The position numbers and the translations under genes were made by a program. Shown here piece by piece: positions 48,076 through 58,056 of a stretch of 64,000 nt of DNA (within the stretch, counting starts at the first letter, position 1; each line of letters opens with the position of its first letter). The notes beneath the pieces are model-generated. The model was given only the letters and a program-made list of their open reading frames with translations. It was not told the origin of the DNA and ran no database searches. This DNA comes from Candidatus Eiseniibacteriota bacterium (GTDB taxonomy: Bacteria; Eisenbacteria; RBG-16-71-46; JABDJR01), in the NCBI GenBank assembly GCA_963783375.1, contig CAWANH010000029.1, positions 531,072 to 595,071 on the forward strand, in the 5' to 3' direction.

Positions 48076-49731
48076 TCAACCCACCACCGATTCCGGCTGC
48101 GGAATGGTATCGCTCCAGCTCACGTCGCCGATGCGGCCGAGGACGGAGTCCCGGCGGAAGTGCACGTCGTCCGGAGCGGGATAGTCCCGGTTGATGTGCA
48201 ACCCGCGGCTCTCCTTCCTGGCGCCGGCCATTCGAAGGATGATGTCGGCGATCAGGGTGATGTTGCGGAGCTCCAGAAGGTCCGGATCCACCTCGAAACG
48301 CCGGTAGAACCGCTCCACGTCCTGGCGGATGAGAGCCAGCCGCGGTGCGGCGGCGGTCAGGCGCTCGTCGGAGCGCGCGATCCCCAGGTAGTCCCACATC
48401 AACCGGCGGACCGCGTCCCAGTTGTGATTGATGATGACGTCCTCCCGGGGTTGGCCGCTGCTGGGCACGACCCAGGGATCGGCCCGGGGGGGCGGAGAGC
48501 CCTCCACCCAGGGGCGCAGATCGTGGGCGGCCCGGTGTGAGAATACCAGGGCTTCCAGGAGGGAGTTCGAGGCCAGACGGTTGGCGCCGTGAAGGCCGGT
48601 GTGCGCCACCTCCCCCACCGCATAGAGCCGGGGGATATCGGTGGCTCCGTTGAGTCGTGCGCGCACCCCGCCGCACATGTAGTGCGCGGCGGGAACCACC
48701 GGGATCGGCTCGGTGGCCGGATCGATCCCGTAGGAGCGGCACCCCTGGACCACCTGGGGGAACCGCTTTTCGAGGAAGGCGCCCCCGAGGGCGGTGGCGT
48801 CGAGCCAGACATGATTCTCTCCCCGGGTCTTCATCTCGAAGTCGATGGCCCGGGCCACGATGTCCCGAGGGGCCAGATCGCCGCGGGAGTCGTGGGCCTT
48901 CATGAACTCCTCGCCGTCCAGGCGGCGAAGCACCGCGCCTTCCCCACGCAGGGCTTCGGTGATCAGGAATCGCTTGGCCCGGGGGTGATAGAGGCAGGTG
49001 GGGTGGAACTGGATGAACTCCAGGTTCGACACCCGCGCCCCGGCCCGGAAGGCCATCGCCACGCCGTCCCCGGTGGCGATGTCCGGGTTGCTGGTGTACA
49101 GGTACACCTTCCCGCATCCGCCCGAAGCCAGGACGGTGGCCTTGGCCTGGAACGGGATCACCGAACGGTGGTCGGGGGTGAGGACGTAGGCCCCCCAGCA
49201 GGCTTCTCCGTCCTCGGAAGTGCCCCGGGACATGCGCGAGGCGAGGATCAGGTCAACTGCGAAGAAGTGCTCCAGCATGGTGATGTTGCCGCGGGCGGCC
49301 ACCGCGGCCAGGAGCGCCTTCTCCACCGCGGCCCCGGTGCGGTCGGCGGCGTGGACGATGCGTCGCTTGGAGTGGCCGCCTTCGCGACCCAGCTCGAGGT
49401 TCCCGTTGCCGGCGCGGCTGAACTCGACCCCCATCTCCATCAGCTTCCGCACCAGGGGGGAACCCTCTTCGACCACCATCTGCACCACGTCGGGGTGGCA
49501 GAGCCCCGCCCCCGCGATGAGGGTGTCCCGGGCATGGAGGTCGGCGTGGTCCTCGGGATCCAGGACCGCGGCGATCCCCCCCTGGGCGTAGTTGGTGTTG
49601 GACTCCGCCCGCTCCTTTTTCGTGATCACGGTAACCGAGCCCCACTGGCTGGCTTGGAGAGCGCACCAGAGGCCGGCCAGTCCCGAGCCGATGATCAGGG
49701 TGTCGGTGTAGCGGGGGGCTTCGATCACCAT
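48076..49731 (-). CDS. nadB: L-aspartate oxidase
   Basis: TDTLIIGSGLAGL...NYAQGGIAAV...RSH.LGR.. succinate-dehydrogenase-like flavoprotein fold. The product is 551 aa. Confidence 0.9.
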   Translation of the reverse strand: MVIEAPRYTDTLIIGSGLAGLWCALQASQWGSVTVITKKERAESNTNYAQGGIAAVLDPEDHADLHARDTLIAGAGLCHPDVVQMVVEEGSPLVRKLMEMGVEFSRAGNGNLELGREGGHSKRRIVHAADRTGAAVEKALLAAVAARGNITMLEHFFAVDLILASRMSRGTSEDGEACWGAYVLTPDHRSVIPFQAKATVLASGGCGKVYLYTSNPDIATGDGVAMAFRAGARVSNLEFIQFHPTCLYHPRAKRFLITEALRGEGAVLRRLDGEEFMKAHDSRGDLAPRDIVARAIDFEMKTRGENHVWLDATALGGAFLEKRFPQVVQGCRSYGIDPATEPIPVVPAAHYMCGGVRARLNGATDIPRLYAVGEVAHTGLHGANRLASNSLLEALVFSHRAAHDLRPWVEGSPPPRADPWVVPSSGQPREDVIINHNWDAVRRLMWDYLGIARSDERLTAAAPRLALIRQDVERFYRRFEVDPDLLELRNITLIADIILRMAGARKESRGLHINRDYPAPDDVHFRRDSVLGRIGDVSWSDTIPQPESVVG

Positions 49732-50089
49732 GGCGGGGCCTTTATGGGTTGAACCGACTCAAGTTGGAGGACCAAAGGACGATCATAGCGGAAGGGCTCC
49801 CCCCTCTCAAGCCGGCAGCCCGTCGGGAGACCGACGGTCGGGGCCAAATACCCCACCGGCACGGAGGGCGCGCCGGGACGGTTCATGTCCCGGAGCCGGG
49901 GGTCCGATATCGGTATAGATCGAGGCGTCCGCCGCCGGGTTCCCCATGGCCCCGACCGGCTGACAGATCGCCTTCCGGTGCGGGATGCGGGAACCGATTC
50001 TCCGCCTCCCGGGCCTGCGGTCACCGAGTGCCGCGGCCGTCGCTTCCGCGTGGTCGACCCGGAGGCCTGTTCGACAAGGAGGAGAGAGG

Positions 50090-50737
50090 ATGAAAAACCA
50101 TCGTCGTCTGCCCTGGGTGGTCGCGCTCGTCATGATTCTTGGAGTCACGGCTCTGGGTGTGACGGTCAACGGTTGCAAGGAACAGGGCGGCGATACCCGC
50201 AACATCGTGGACATCGTCTCGCTGAACGGGAACCAGCCGCTCTTGAGCGATGTCTACAACCTGGGTAGCAAGAAGGACGATCCCACCGACGACTTCATCC
50301 CCGTGGACGTGGTCGAGGTGACCTTCCAGAGCCGCCCCCACGACAGCGCGCTCACCATCCAGCCCGGCGAGCCCTTCGGATCGGTCCGGTTCTACGCCTA
50401 CGACCTGGTCTGGGCGGACAAGAATCACGCCGACGGCGTCGACCTGGACGGGAACGGCTCGGTGGATCTGAAGAACGTCCGCGGCGGGGCCATGAACTCC
50501 GTGGTCCCGATCGGACAGACCGGTCAGGGCTCGATCCTGGTGGTGAGTGGAGGCGACAAGGTCCTTCCCCCCATCTCCTGCCTCGGCCCGGTGGGTGGCG
50601 CCTGTTCCGGCAACACCGCGGTGGAGTACAAGGCGTCCGCCGAGATCACCTTCTACGGCGTCGAGGAGACGAGCGGCGACAAGATCACCCTGACCCGTGG
50701 GCTTGCCGTCGACATCGGCGATTACAGCGACCAGTAG
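50090..50737 (+). CDS. Hypothetical lipoprotein
   Basis: The ATG at 50090 is preceded by GGAGAGAGG. The signal peptide plus lipobox is MKNHRRLPWVVALVMILGVTALGVTVNGC. The product is 215 aa. Confidence 0.65.
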   Translation: MKNHRRLPWVVALVMILGVTALGVTVNGCKEQGGDTRNIVDIVSLNGNQPLLSDVYNLGSKKDDPTDDFIPVDVVEVTFQSRPHDSALTIQPGEPFGSVRFYAYDLVWADKNHADGVDLDGNGSVDLKNVRGGAMNSVVPIGQTGQGSILVVSGGDKVLPPISCLGPVGGACSGNTAVEYKASAEITFYGVEETSGDKITLTRGLAVDIGDYSDQ

Positions 50738-50770
50738 AGCGCGGAACCAGACGGGTAGGACGGGGACGGT

Positions 50771-50799
50771 CGTGAGGCCGTCCCCGTTTTCCTGCTCCC
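50771..50799 (+). terminator. Rho-independent terminator
   Basis: GGGGACGG at 50771-78 pairs with CCGTCCCC at 50787-94 around an 8-nt loop, followed by GTTTTCC. It lies between convergent genes. Confidence 0.7.
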
Positions 50800-50806
50800 C
50801 CGGCGC

Positions 50807-51851
50807 TCAGGCGAGGAGCTCGCTCAGGAGCCGGTCCCAACCCCCCTCCACCTCCACCGAGGCTTCGACCACCAGCCACCCCGCCTCGGGGTCGGCCAGG
50901 TCCTCGAGCCGCATCCGGTCCTTGGTGGTGGTCACCGGGACCGATCCGCGCGAGCGCGCCGCGGTTTCTTCCGCCCGCACCTCGCGCTCGATGAACCGGT
51001 GGTGGTCTCGGTACTCGGACCACCCACGGATCTCCGCGCCCGCCTCCTCCAGGAGAGCCCGGAAGCGCCGGGGACGGGCGATCCCCGCCACCCCGTGCAC
51101 GGCCAGGCCGCGGAGGGACGGCGCGGCGGCGGCGGAGCCGCCGTGGAGAAGGGTGAGCCGCCCCGGCCGGGTCCACGCCCGGGAGCGGGGGCGTCCCGGC
51201 GCATGGAGATCGAGGAGCGCCCGCACCGATTCGGTGATCGGGAGATCTTCCCGACCCCCGGTGAGGAGCACGTGATCCGCCCGGCGAAGGGCGCTCGGGG
51301 GGTTCGCGAAGGGGTCCGGCGGGGAGAAGCCGCCCGTTTCCCAGGGGGCTTGCCGCGTCGAGGAGAACCAGATCCCGGTTCCGGTGGAGCCGGCGATGCT
51401 GGAACCCGTCGTCGAGGATGAAGAGATCCACCGATTCCCCCGCGTCGAGGTAGGCGCAGGCGCCGGCTCCCCGGTCCTTCCCCACCACCACCGGCACCTC
51501 GGGTAGGGCGCGACTGAGAAGCAACGGCTCGTCCCCCGCGGTGACGGCGGAGGCGGCGACCCCGGCCCACCGTCCGTCGCGAAGCACTCCCGAACCGTTG
51601 CCGCCATAGCCTCGGGTGAGGATGACCGGCCGCCGGCCCGAGCGGCGCGCGGCCTCGGCCAGCGCCCGGACCACCGGGGTCTTCCCCGTCCCCCCCACCA
51701 CCAGGTTACCCACCGATAGCACCGGGACCGGCAGCCGCTCCACCGGCATCACCCCGCGATCGTGGAGACCGTGGAACACCGAGGCCCCGAGCCGGTAGGC
51801 GGGCTCCAGGAGACGCGCCCACCCGCCGGGGCCGTTCTCGAGATCCTTCAT
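50807..51851 (-). CDS. lpxK: Tetraacyldisaccharide 4'-kinase (one apparent frameshift at a G6 run near 51300)
   Basis: MKDLENGP...VLSVGNLVVGGTGKTPVVRALAEAARR in one frame. The C-terminal ...ADHVLLTGG...HHRFIEREV... lies in another frame. The ATG at 51851 overlaps the kdtA stop. Confidence 0.8.
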
Positions 51852-53101
51852 CGCCCGGTTTCCGGGATCAGGACGCCCCGCTCGATCAGGAACTCCAGCG
51901 TCCGCGCCGACGCCCCGCGGAGCGCCCGGGCGGTTTCCCGCGCCGCCCCTGCCGCCCGCTCGCGCGCGGCGGGATCGCCCAGCCAGGTGTCCAGGGCCCG
52001 GGCCAGGGAGTTCGCGTCGGTTACCGTTCGCGCCCCCCCCGCGGCCAGGAGCGCCTCGGCGTCCTCGGCCACGTTGGCCAAGTACGGTCCGAAGAGCACC
52101 GGGGCTCCGCCCACCGCCGCCTCCAGCACGTTGTGACCTCCCACCGGCACCAGGGTCCCGCCCACGAACGCCGCCGTCGAGGCCGCGTAGAGGCCGGGAA
52201 GCTCGCCGTGGGTGTCCACGATCAGCACCTCCGCCCGCTCGTCTGCGGCGGCGGGACGGCTCCGGCGCGCGGCGCGAAGGCCGCGGCGTTCCAGGTCGCG
52301 GTCGAGGGCGTTCCACGCATCGGGGTGGCGGAGGGCGAGAACCAGGCGGAGGTCCGGATGCGCGCCGCGGAGCGTTTCGAACGCGGCCAGGACCGCCCGT
52401 TCCTCCCCGGGACGAAGGCTTCCCACCGTCCACACCGCGGCGCCGGTCCACGGCAGGGAAGCCGGCGCGGCTTCGGCCAGTCGGTCATGTTTCAGGTTCC
52501 CGGTGACCCGGACCGCATCGCCCGGCGCCCCGAGGCCGATGAACCGATCGGCGTCGACGTCGCTCCGTGCGGCCACCGCACGAAGGCCGGCGAGAAGCGG
52601 ACGGAACAACCCGGCCAGATGCCGGTAGCGCGGGAAGGCGCGGTCGGAGATGCGGCCGTTCACCACCGAGACCGCCGTGCCCCGCCTCCGGGCCTCGATG
52701 AGCCAGTTCGGCCAGAGCTCGGTCTCCACCAGGACCAGGCTCCGGGGACGGCGGCGTGCGAACGCGCGTCCCATCGCGCGGGGAAGATCGAGGGGGGCCA
52801 GGCTCACCGCCTCGCCCCAGAGCGACTCCGCCGCCCGGCGCCCGGTCACGGTGGAGGTCGTGACCACGAATCGACCGGCGGCGCCATGCCGGTGGGCCAG
52901 GGTGAGAATCGGCTCCAGAGCGGCCACCTCGCCCAGGGAAGCGGCGTGCCACCACGTCTCCGCCTCGGGCCCGGCGATACGGGCCAGGCGCTCGGCATGG
53001 AGCGCGGCGCTCTCCTCGCGCGCACCGATTCGAAGGGCCACGCCGGTGAGCGGCTCGGCCAGCGCGGTGAGCGCACGATAGGCGGCCAGGGTCCCGTTCA
53101 T
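51848..53101 (-). CDS. waaA: 3-deoxy-D-manno-octulosonic acid transferase
   Basis: MNGTLAAYRAL...WWHAASLGEVAALEPIL...TTSTVTGRR...ETELWPNWL. The ATG at 53101 gives 417 aa. The track ORF is longer because of shadow-frame overlap with the upstream gene. Confidence 0.88.
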   Translation of the reverse strand: MNGTLAAYRALTALAEPLTGVALRIGAREESAALHAERLARIAGPEAETWWHAASLGEVAALEPILTLAHRHGAAGRFVVTTSTVTGRRAAESLWGEAVSLAPLDLPRAMGRAFARRRPRSLVLVETELWPNWLIEARRRGTAVSVVNGRISDRAFPRYRHLAGLFRPLLAGLRAVAARSDVDADRFIGLGAPGDAVRVTGNLKHDRLAEAAPASLPWTGAAVWTVGSLRPGEERAVLAAFETLRGAHPDLRLVLALRHPDAWNALDRDLERRGLRAARRSRPAAADERAEVLIVDTHGELPGLYAASTAAFVGGTLVPVGGHNVLEAAVGGAPVLFGPYLANVAEDAEALLAAGGARTVTDANSLARALDTWLGDPAARERAAGAARETARALRGASARTLEFLIERGVLIPETGR

Positions 53102-53703
53102 CGCCTCGCCTCCCGGTCCGCCTCGCCCTCCACCGCGTCCAGCGCGGCCTCCAGCCGCCGCCGCCAGGGCTCGAGGTCCCCACCGGCGGGAACGAGGAGG
53201 GGTTCGCCGTACACGATCACCCCGCGCGCCCCCGGCCGCGGGACCTGGAAGCGGTCCCAGGACCGAAAGGACCAGGCGGGGCGCGAAGCCGCCCCCACGG
53301 GGACGATCGGCCGTCCCGCCCGCGCGGCCAGGGCCACCGCTCCCATCGCCGCCCGATGGAGCGGCCCGCGGGGGCCGTCGGGGGTAAGTGCCACCGACCG
53401 GCCGCTCTCGAGCCACGCGGCCAGTTCGGCAAAGCTTTCCTTCCCTCCCCGGCTGGTGCTCCCCCGAACCGGTCGGAATCCCAGGGCCCGGGCGGCGCGG
53501 GCGATCACCTCGCCGTCCTCGGAGAGGCTCACCAGCACCGCGGCTCCGGTGTGGCCAAGCCGGGCGACGGGAAGCCACATGCGGCCGTGCCACACCGTGT
53601 AAATCACCGACTCATAACGGCTCAGGGCTTCTGTCTCACGTTCCTGATGAAGATAATGAACCCGGGTGAACTGGCCGCTCAGGCGGAGCGCGGCCGCTCC
53701 CAT
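53098..53703 (-). CDS. DUF374 domain protein (lysophospholipid-acyltransferase-like, lpx-cluster associated)
   Basis: MGAAALRLSGQFTRVHYLHQERETE...VWHGRMW...VALTPDGPRGP from ATG 53703. It overlaps the kdtA start by 4 nt. Confidence 0.7.
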   Translation of the reverse strand: MGAAALRLSGQFTRVHYLHQERETEALSRYESVIYTVWHGRMWLPVARLGHTGAAVLVSLSEDGEVIARAARALGFRPVRGSTSRGGKESFAELAAWLESGRSVALTPDGPRGPLHRAAMGAVALAARAGRPIVPVGAASRPAWSFRSWDRFQVPRPGARGVIVYGEPLLVPAGGDLEPWRRRLEAALDAVEGEADREARR

Positions 53704-53804
53704 CCACGCGCCGAGGCTTCGCAACGGGCGGCGGAGAGGCCGGAAGTATCTCGAGCGTTTGCGCTCTCTCCCGCCGGACGCGCCTGGAGGCGCACCGGGG
53801 CCGT

Positions 53805-54929
53805 TCACCGCCGCCCCCCGGTCAGAACTCCCGCCACCACCTCGGCGGCCCGCTCCGCCGCTCCCCCGCCCCCCAGGCGCTCCCGTAGCGGCGCCAGGTA
53901 GCGGGCCTGCTCGGCCCGCTCCGCGGGATCGAAGAGGAGCCGCCGGGCCACCGCGGCCACCCCCTCGGGCTCCAGGTCCCCCTGGAGGAGTTCGGGGATC
54001 CTTGCCCCACCCGCGGCAATATTGACCAGTCCCACGGTGCGTAACTTCACCAGCGCCCGCGCCAGGTGCCAGTTCACCGTCCCGGTGCGGTAGACCACGC
54101 ACAGGGGGGTGCCCTGAAGACCGGTTTCCAGGGTGGCGGTGCCGCTGGCCACCAGGGCGGCGTCGGCGGCCCGGGCCAGGGCCGGGCCGGCCCCCGGCCA
54201 GAGGGGAAACCCCGCCGCCTCGGCCGGCGCGTAGAGGGCCTCCGGGACCCCCGGAGCCCGACTCACCGCCACCCGCGCCTCGGAGAGCCCCTTCGTCCCC
54301 GCCACCAGGGGCGGGAGAATGTGGCGGACCTCCTGGGCCCGGCTTCCGGGAAGGAGGGCCAGGAGCGGCGCGTCGGCCGCGATGCCCAGCCGCTCGCGGA
54401 CCGCCTCACGTGTGGGGAGTTCGAGCTCCTCGTCGAGCAGAGGGTGCCCCACGAAGGTCGCATCGATCCCCGCCTCCCGGAACAGCGCCTCCTCGAAGGG
54501 AAAGACGACCAGGAGGTGGTCCACCGCGCGGGCGATTCCCGGCCGCCGCTCCCGCCGCCAGGCCCAGACCTGGGGGGCGATGTAGTAGACCACCGGCTTC
54601 CCGCGGGCGCGGGCGCGGCGAGCCAGGCGGAGGTTGAAACCGGGATAGTCCACCGGAAGGACCACGTGGGGGTCGAAGCGTTCGATCTCCTCGGTCGCCT
54701 CGTTCATGAGCCGCCGGAAGAAGGGAAGGCGGCGCGCCACCTCGGCGAAGCCGAGCACCGAGAGGTCCTCCACCCGGGCCAGGAGCCGCGCCCCCTCCGC
54801 GGCCAGACGCTCTCCCCCCAGGCCCACCACCTCCACCTCGCCGACCCGCCTACGGAGCGCGCGGACCAGCGCGGCGGCATGCCGGTCCCCGGAGGTTTCC
54901 CCCGCGGAGACGAAAAGGCGCCAGGCCAT
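53805..54929 (-). CDS. lpxB: Lipid-A-disaccharide synthase
   Basis: MAWRLFVSAGETSGDRHAAALVRAL...YYIAPQVWAWR. Confidence 0.9.
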   Translation of the reverse strand: MAWRLFVSAGETSGDRHAAALVRALRRRVGEVEVVGLGGERLAAEGARLLARVEDLSVLGFAEVARRLPFFRRLMNEATEEIERFDPHVVLPVDYPGFNLRLARRARARGKPVVYYIAPQVWAWRRERRPGIARAVDHLLVVFPFEEALFREAGIDATFVGHPLLDEELELPTREAVRERLGIAADAPLLALLPGSRAQEVRHILPPLVAGTKGLSEARVAVSRAPGVPEALYAPAEAAGFPLWPGAGPALARAADAALVASGTATLETGLQGTPLCVVYRTGTVNWHLARALVKLRTVGLVNIAAGGARIPELLQGDLEPEGVAAVARRLLFDPAERAEQARYLAPLRERLGGGGAAERAAEVVAGVLTGGRR

Positions 54930-55927
54930 CAGCGCCCCCCGGACTGCCTCGCCACCGCCTCCTCGACCGCCACCATCGCCCGGAGCGTGGCCAGGGCCCG
55001 CTCCCCGGTCACTCCCTCGTTGGCCTCCCCGAAGACGGCGCGACGGAAGGCGTCGTGCTCGGCGCTCAGGGGATCCTCCCCTTCCGGCCCCTCCACCCGG
55101 TGATCGAGGACCTTGAGCATGTCCAGGGCGCCCCCCGAGCGGAGCACCTCACGGAGGAGTTCGTCCCGCTCCTCGCGCAGGCGGTAAACGTGGGTGGTGC
55201 GGGCGGCGCAATCGGCGGAGACATAGGTTCCGGGGAGGAACATGCGGAACTTGCGGACCCGTTCCAGGGAGACCCGGCTCGCGGTGAGGTTGGCGGTGGC
55301 CCCGCCCGGGAAGCGGAGCCGGGCGTTGGCGATGTCCACCCGGTCGGTGAGCACCGCCACCCCCGAGGCGTCCACCGACTCCGGCTCCTCCCCCACGAAG
55401 GCGATGGCCAGGTCCAGATCGTGAACCATCAGGTCCTGGATCACGTCGAGATCGAGGTTCCGGGGAACCAGGGAGGCCAGACGATGACTCTCCACGAACA
55501 GTGGAGCCGGGATCCTTCCCAGGAGGCCGCGAATGGCCGGGTTGAATCGCTCCACGTGCCCCACGTGAAGAACGAGGTTCGCTTCCCGGGCCCGGGCCAC
55601 CAGGAATTCCGCGTCCTCCACCCGTCCGGTCAAGGGCTTCTCCACCAGGACCGGACGGCCGGCGGCCAGCGCCGATTCCACCGCGGCGCGATGGGAGGAC
55701 GTGCTGGTGGCGACCACCACCGCGTCAGCCCGCTCCAACGCATCGTCCATCGAGGCCGCGGCGAGCGTTCCCAGCTCCCCGGCCACCCGCGCCGCGCGCC
55801 CGGGGTCGCGGTCGTATACCGCGGTCAGCTCGAACCCCGGGGCGCCGGCCAGCTTCTCGGCGTGGCGCGCGCCCAGATAGCCCACGCCGAGGACCGCGAT
55901 TCGGAGCCGGCGGGGCGGGGAGGTCAC
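54929..55927 (-). CDS. Gfo/Idh/MocA-family NAD-dependent oxidoreductase embedded in the lpx operon (GnnA-like candidate)
   Basis: LRIAVLGVGYLGARHAEKL...EKPLTGRVEDAE... The GTG at 55927 overlaps the lpxA stop as GTGA. Its stop overlaps the lpxB start as ATGA. Confidence 0.75.
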   Translation of the reverse strand: MTSPPRRLRIAVLGVGYLGARHAEKLAGAPGFELTAVYDRDPGRAARVAGELGTLAAASMDDALERADAVVVATSTSSHRAAVESALAAGRPVLVEKPLTGRVEDAEFLVARAREANLVLHVGHVERFNPAIRGLLGRIPAPLFVESHRLASLVPRNLDLDVIQDLMVHDLDLAIAFVGEEPESVDASGVAVLTDRVDIANARLRFPGGATANLTASRVSLERVRKFRMFLPGTYVSADCAARTTHVYRLREERDELLREVLRSGGALDMLKVLDHRVEGPEGEDPLSAEHDAFRRAVFGEANEGVTGERALATLRAMVAVEEAVARQSGGR

Positions 55928-56697
55928 CGGGTAACGCCCCGTTCGGAGGTCAGCATGAACTCGGTGAAGCGTTCCACCTCGGGGGTCGGAGGCACCTCCG
56001 CGCGGACCCGTTCGGCCGCCTCGCGCACCGTCAGCTTGCTCCGGAAAAAGAGTCGATAGGCCAGCTTCAACGCAGCCACCGTCTCCGGGGAGAACCCGCG
56101 GCGCAGGAGACCCACCGCGTTCAGGCCGAAGGCCTCGGCGGGGTTCCCCGCCACCTTGGTATAGGGAGCGACATCCTGGGGGATCCGGGAACCGCCCCCG
56201 ATGAAGGAATGGGCCCCCACCCGCACGAACTGGTGGACCGGGGTCACTCCGCCGATGATCGCGTGCTCGTCCACCCGGACGTGCCCGGCCAGGTTCACCG
56301 AGTTGGCGAGAATGACGTGGTCCCCGAGGATGCAGTTGTGGGCGACGTGGGAGTAGGCCATGAGCAGACAGTCGGTTCCCACCACGGTGGCCTGGCCCTC
56401 GGCGGTGGCCGGGTTCAGGGTGGCGAATTCGCGGACCACGGTGCGATCGCCGATCCGAAGCCAGGTCTTCTCCCCCCGGAACTTGAGATCCTGGGGAGGC
56501 GTCCCCACCACGGCGTGGGGGAAAACCCGGCAATCGCGTCCGATCTCGGTATGGCCGTCCAGGTAGGCGTGGGCGCCCACCGTGGTCCCCCCCCCGATGC
56601 GCACGTTGGGCCCGATGATCGCGTAGGGCCCTACCTCCACATCGGCCGCCAGTTCCGCCTTGCGGTCCACCACCGCGGTGGCGGCGATCTCAGCCAT
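55924..56697 (-). CDS. lpxA: Acyl-ACP--UDP-N-acetylglucosamine O-acyltransferase
   Basis: Hexapeptide-repeat left-handed beta helix: ...IGPNVRIGGGTTVGAHAYLDGHTEIG... Confidence 0.9.
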   Translation of the reverse strand: MAEIAATAVVDRKAELAADVEVGPYAIIGPNVRIGGGTTVGAHAYLDGHTEIGRDCRVFPHAVVGTPPQDLKFRGEKTWLRIGDRTVVREFATLNPATAEGQATVVGTDCLLMAYSHVAHNCILGDHVILANSVNLAGHVRVDEHAIIGGVTPVHQFVRVGAHSFIGGGSRIPQDVAPYTKVAGNPAEAFGLNAVGLLRRGFSPETVAALKLAYRLFFRSKLTVREAAERVRAEVPPTPEVERFTEFMLTSERGVTR

Positions 56698-56733
56698 GAT
56701 CCCCCCCTTGACCCGGATGGTCCATACCCCGGG

Positions 56734-58056
56734 TCAGCGATCCACGACGCTGGAGAGAAGCTCCGCTTCGGCGACGAGACTCCCATCCACGAACGCCTTA
56801 CCCACCATCTTGCAGATCCTGCCCTTGAGCTTCAGCATCTCGAGTTCGAACCGCACCTGGTCCCCCGGCCGCACCGGGCGGCGGAACTTGGCCCCGTCGA
56901 TGCCCATGAAATAGACGAGCTTGTCCTTGGGCCGTTCCACCTTGTTGAGGAGAAGGATTCCCCCGGTCTGGGCCATCGCCTCGATGATCAGCACCGCGGG
57001 CATGATGGGATGACCGGGAAAGTGCCCGCTGAAATAGGGTTCGTTGAGCGTGACGTTCTTGATCCCCACCACCCGCTCGTCGGTCAGCTCCAGAATACGG
57101 TCCACCAGGAGGAACGGATAGCGGTGGGGCATGATCTGGGTGATCGCCTCGATGTCCCAGAAGTGGTTCTTGCCGTCCGGACGGGGCGGGAGGTCGAACC
57201 CGGTGGCCCGACGCTCCGCCGCGGCCAGCGACTTCACGAACTCCACGTGGCTCTCGTGGCCCGATCTCCAGGCCATGACGTGCCCCCGCACCGGGAGGCC
57301 CAGCAGGCTCAGGTCGCCGAGCAGGTCCAGCACCTTGTGCCGGACGAACTCGTCCGGAAAACGCAATCCGTCCCGGTTGGCCACCCGGTCCTCCTCGACC
57401 ACCACCGCGTTCTCCAGGGTGCCTCCGAGGATCATTCCCGCGGTCAGGAGCGAATCCACGTCGCGGCGCAGGACGAAGGTGCGGGCGGGAGCGATCTCCG
57501 TCTGGAAGACCTCCGGCACGACGTCGAAAGAGGCGTACTGGGTGCCGATGACCGGGTTGTCGTACTGGATGGTGAAGGAGACCCGGAGCCCGGGGTACGG
57601 GAGCCCAACCAGCTCCGCCCGCCCCTGGTTGAAGTGCACCGGGTGGGGAATCTCGAAGTACCGGCGTTCAACGTCCTGTTGTTCGATCCCCGCCTCGCGG
57701 AAGAGAGCCACGTAGGGGGCGGCGCTTCCGTCCCCCGGCTCCCCCGGCTCGCGGGCGCCGACCTCGATCCGCAGGTTGTCGATCCCCACCCCGCGCACCG
57801 CGGCCAGGAGATGCTCCACGGTGTGCACTTCGGCGGCGCCGTCACGCAGGATGGTGCGCCGGCCCTGCTCGGAATCGTAGACCGCGTTCTCCGGCGCAAC
57901 CCTGACTTCGGGACGGCCGGGAAGGTCGGTCCGGATGAAGGTGATGCCGCTCCCGGGAGGAGCGGGCTTGAAGGTCACCCGGCAGTTCTCGCCGGTGTGG
58001 AGGCCGACCCCTTCGTAGGAGATCTCGCCGGCCAGCGTGGCCTGAAGATCCTTCAC
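56734..58056 (-). CDS. lpxC/fabZ: Bifunctional UDP-3-O-acyl-GlcNAc deacetylase / 3-hydroxyacyl-ACP dehydratase (LpxC-FabZ fusion)
   Basis: The N-terminal LpxC portion, GVGLHTGE...HTVEHLLAA, is followed by the C-terminal FabZ hotdog, ...[24 protein letters not shown]. Confidence 0.9.
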   Translation of the reverse strand: MKDLQATLAGEISYEGVGLHTGENCRVTFKPAPPGSGITFIRTDLPGRPEVRVAPENAVYDSEQGRRTILRDGAAEVHTVEHLLAAVRGVGIDNLRIEVGAREPGEPGDGSAAPYVALFREAGIEQQDVERRYFEIPHPVHFNQGRAELVGLPYPGLRVSFTIQYDNPVIGTQYASFDVVPEVFQTEIAPARTFVLRRDVDSLLTAGMILGGTLENAVVVEEDRVANRDGLRFPDEFVRHKVLDLLGDLSLLGLPVRGHVMAWRSGHESHVEFVKSLAAAERRATGFDLPPRPDGKNHFWDIEAITQIMPHRYPFLLVDRILELTDERVVGIKNVTLNEPYFSGHFPGHPIMPAVLIIEAMAQTGGILLLNKVERPKDKLVYFMGIDGAKFRRPVRPGDQVRFELEMLKLKGRICKMVGKAFVDGSLVAEAELLSSVVDR

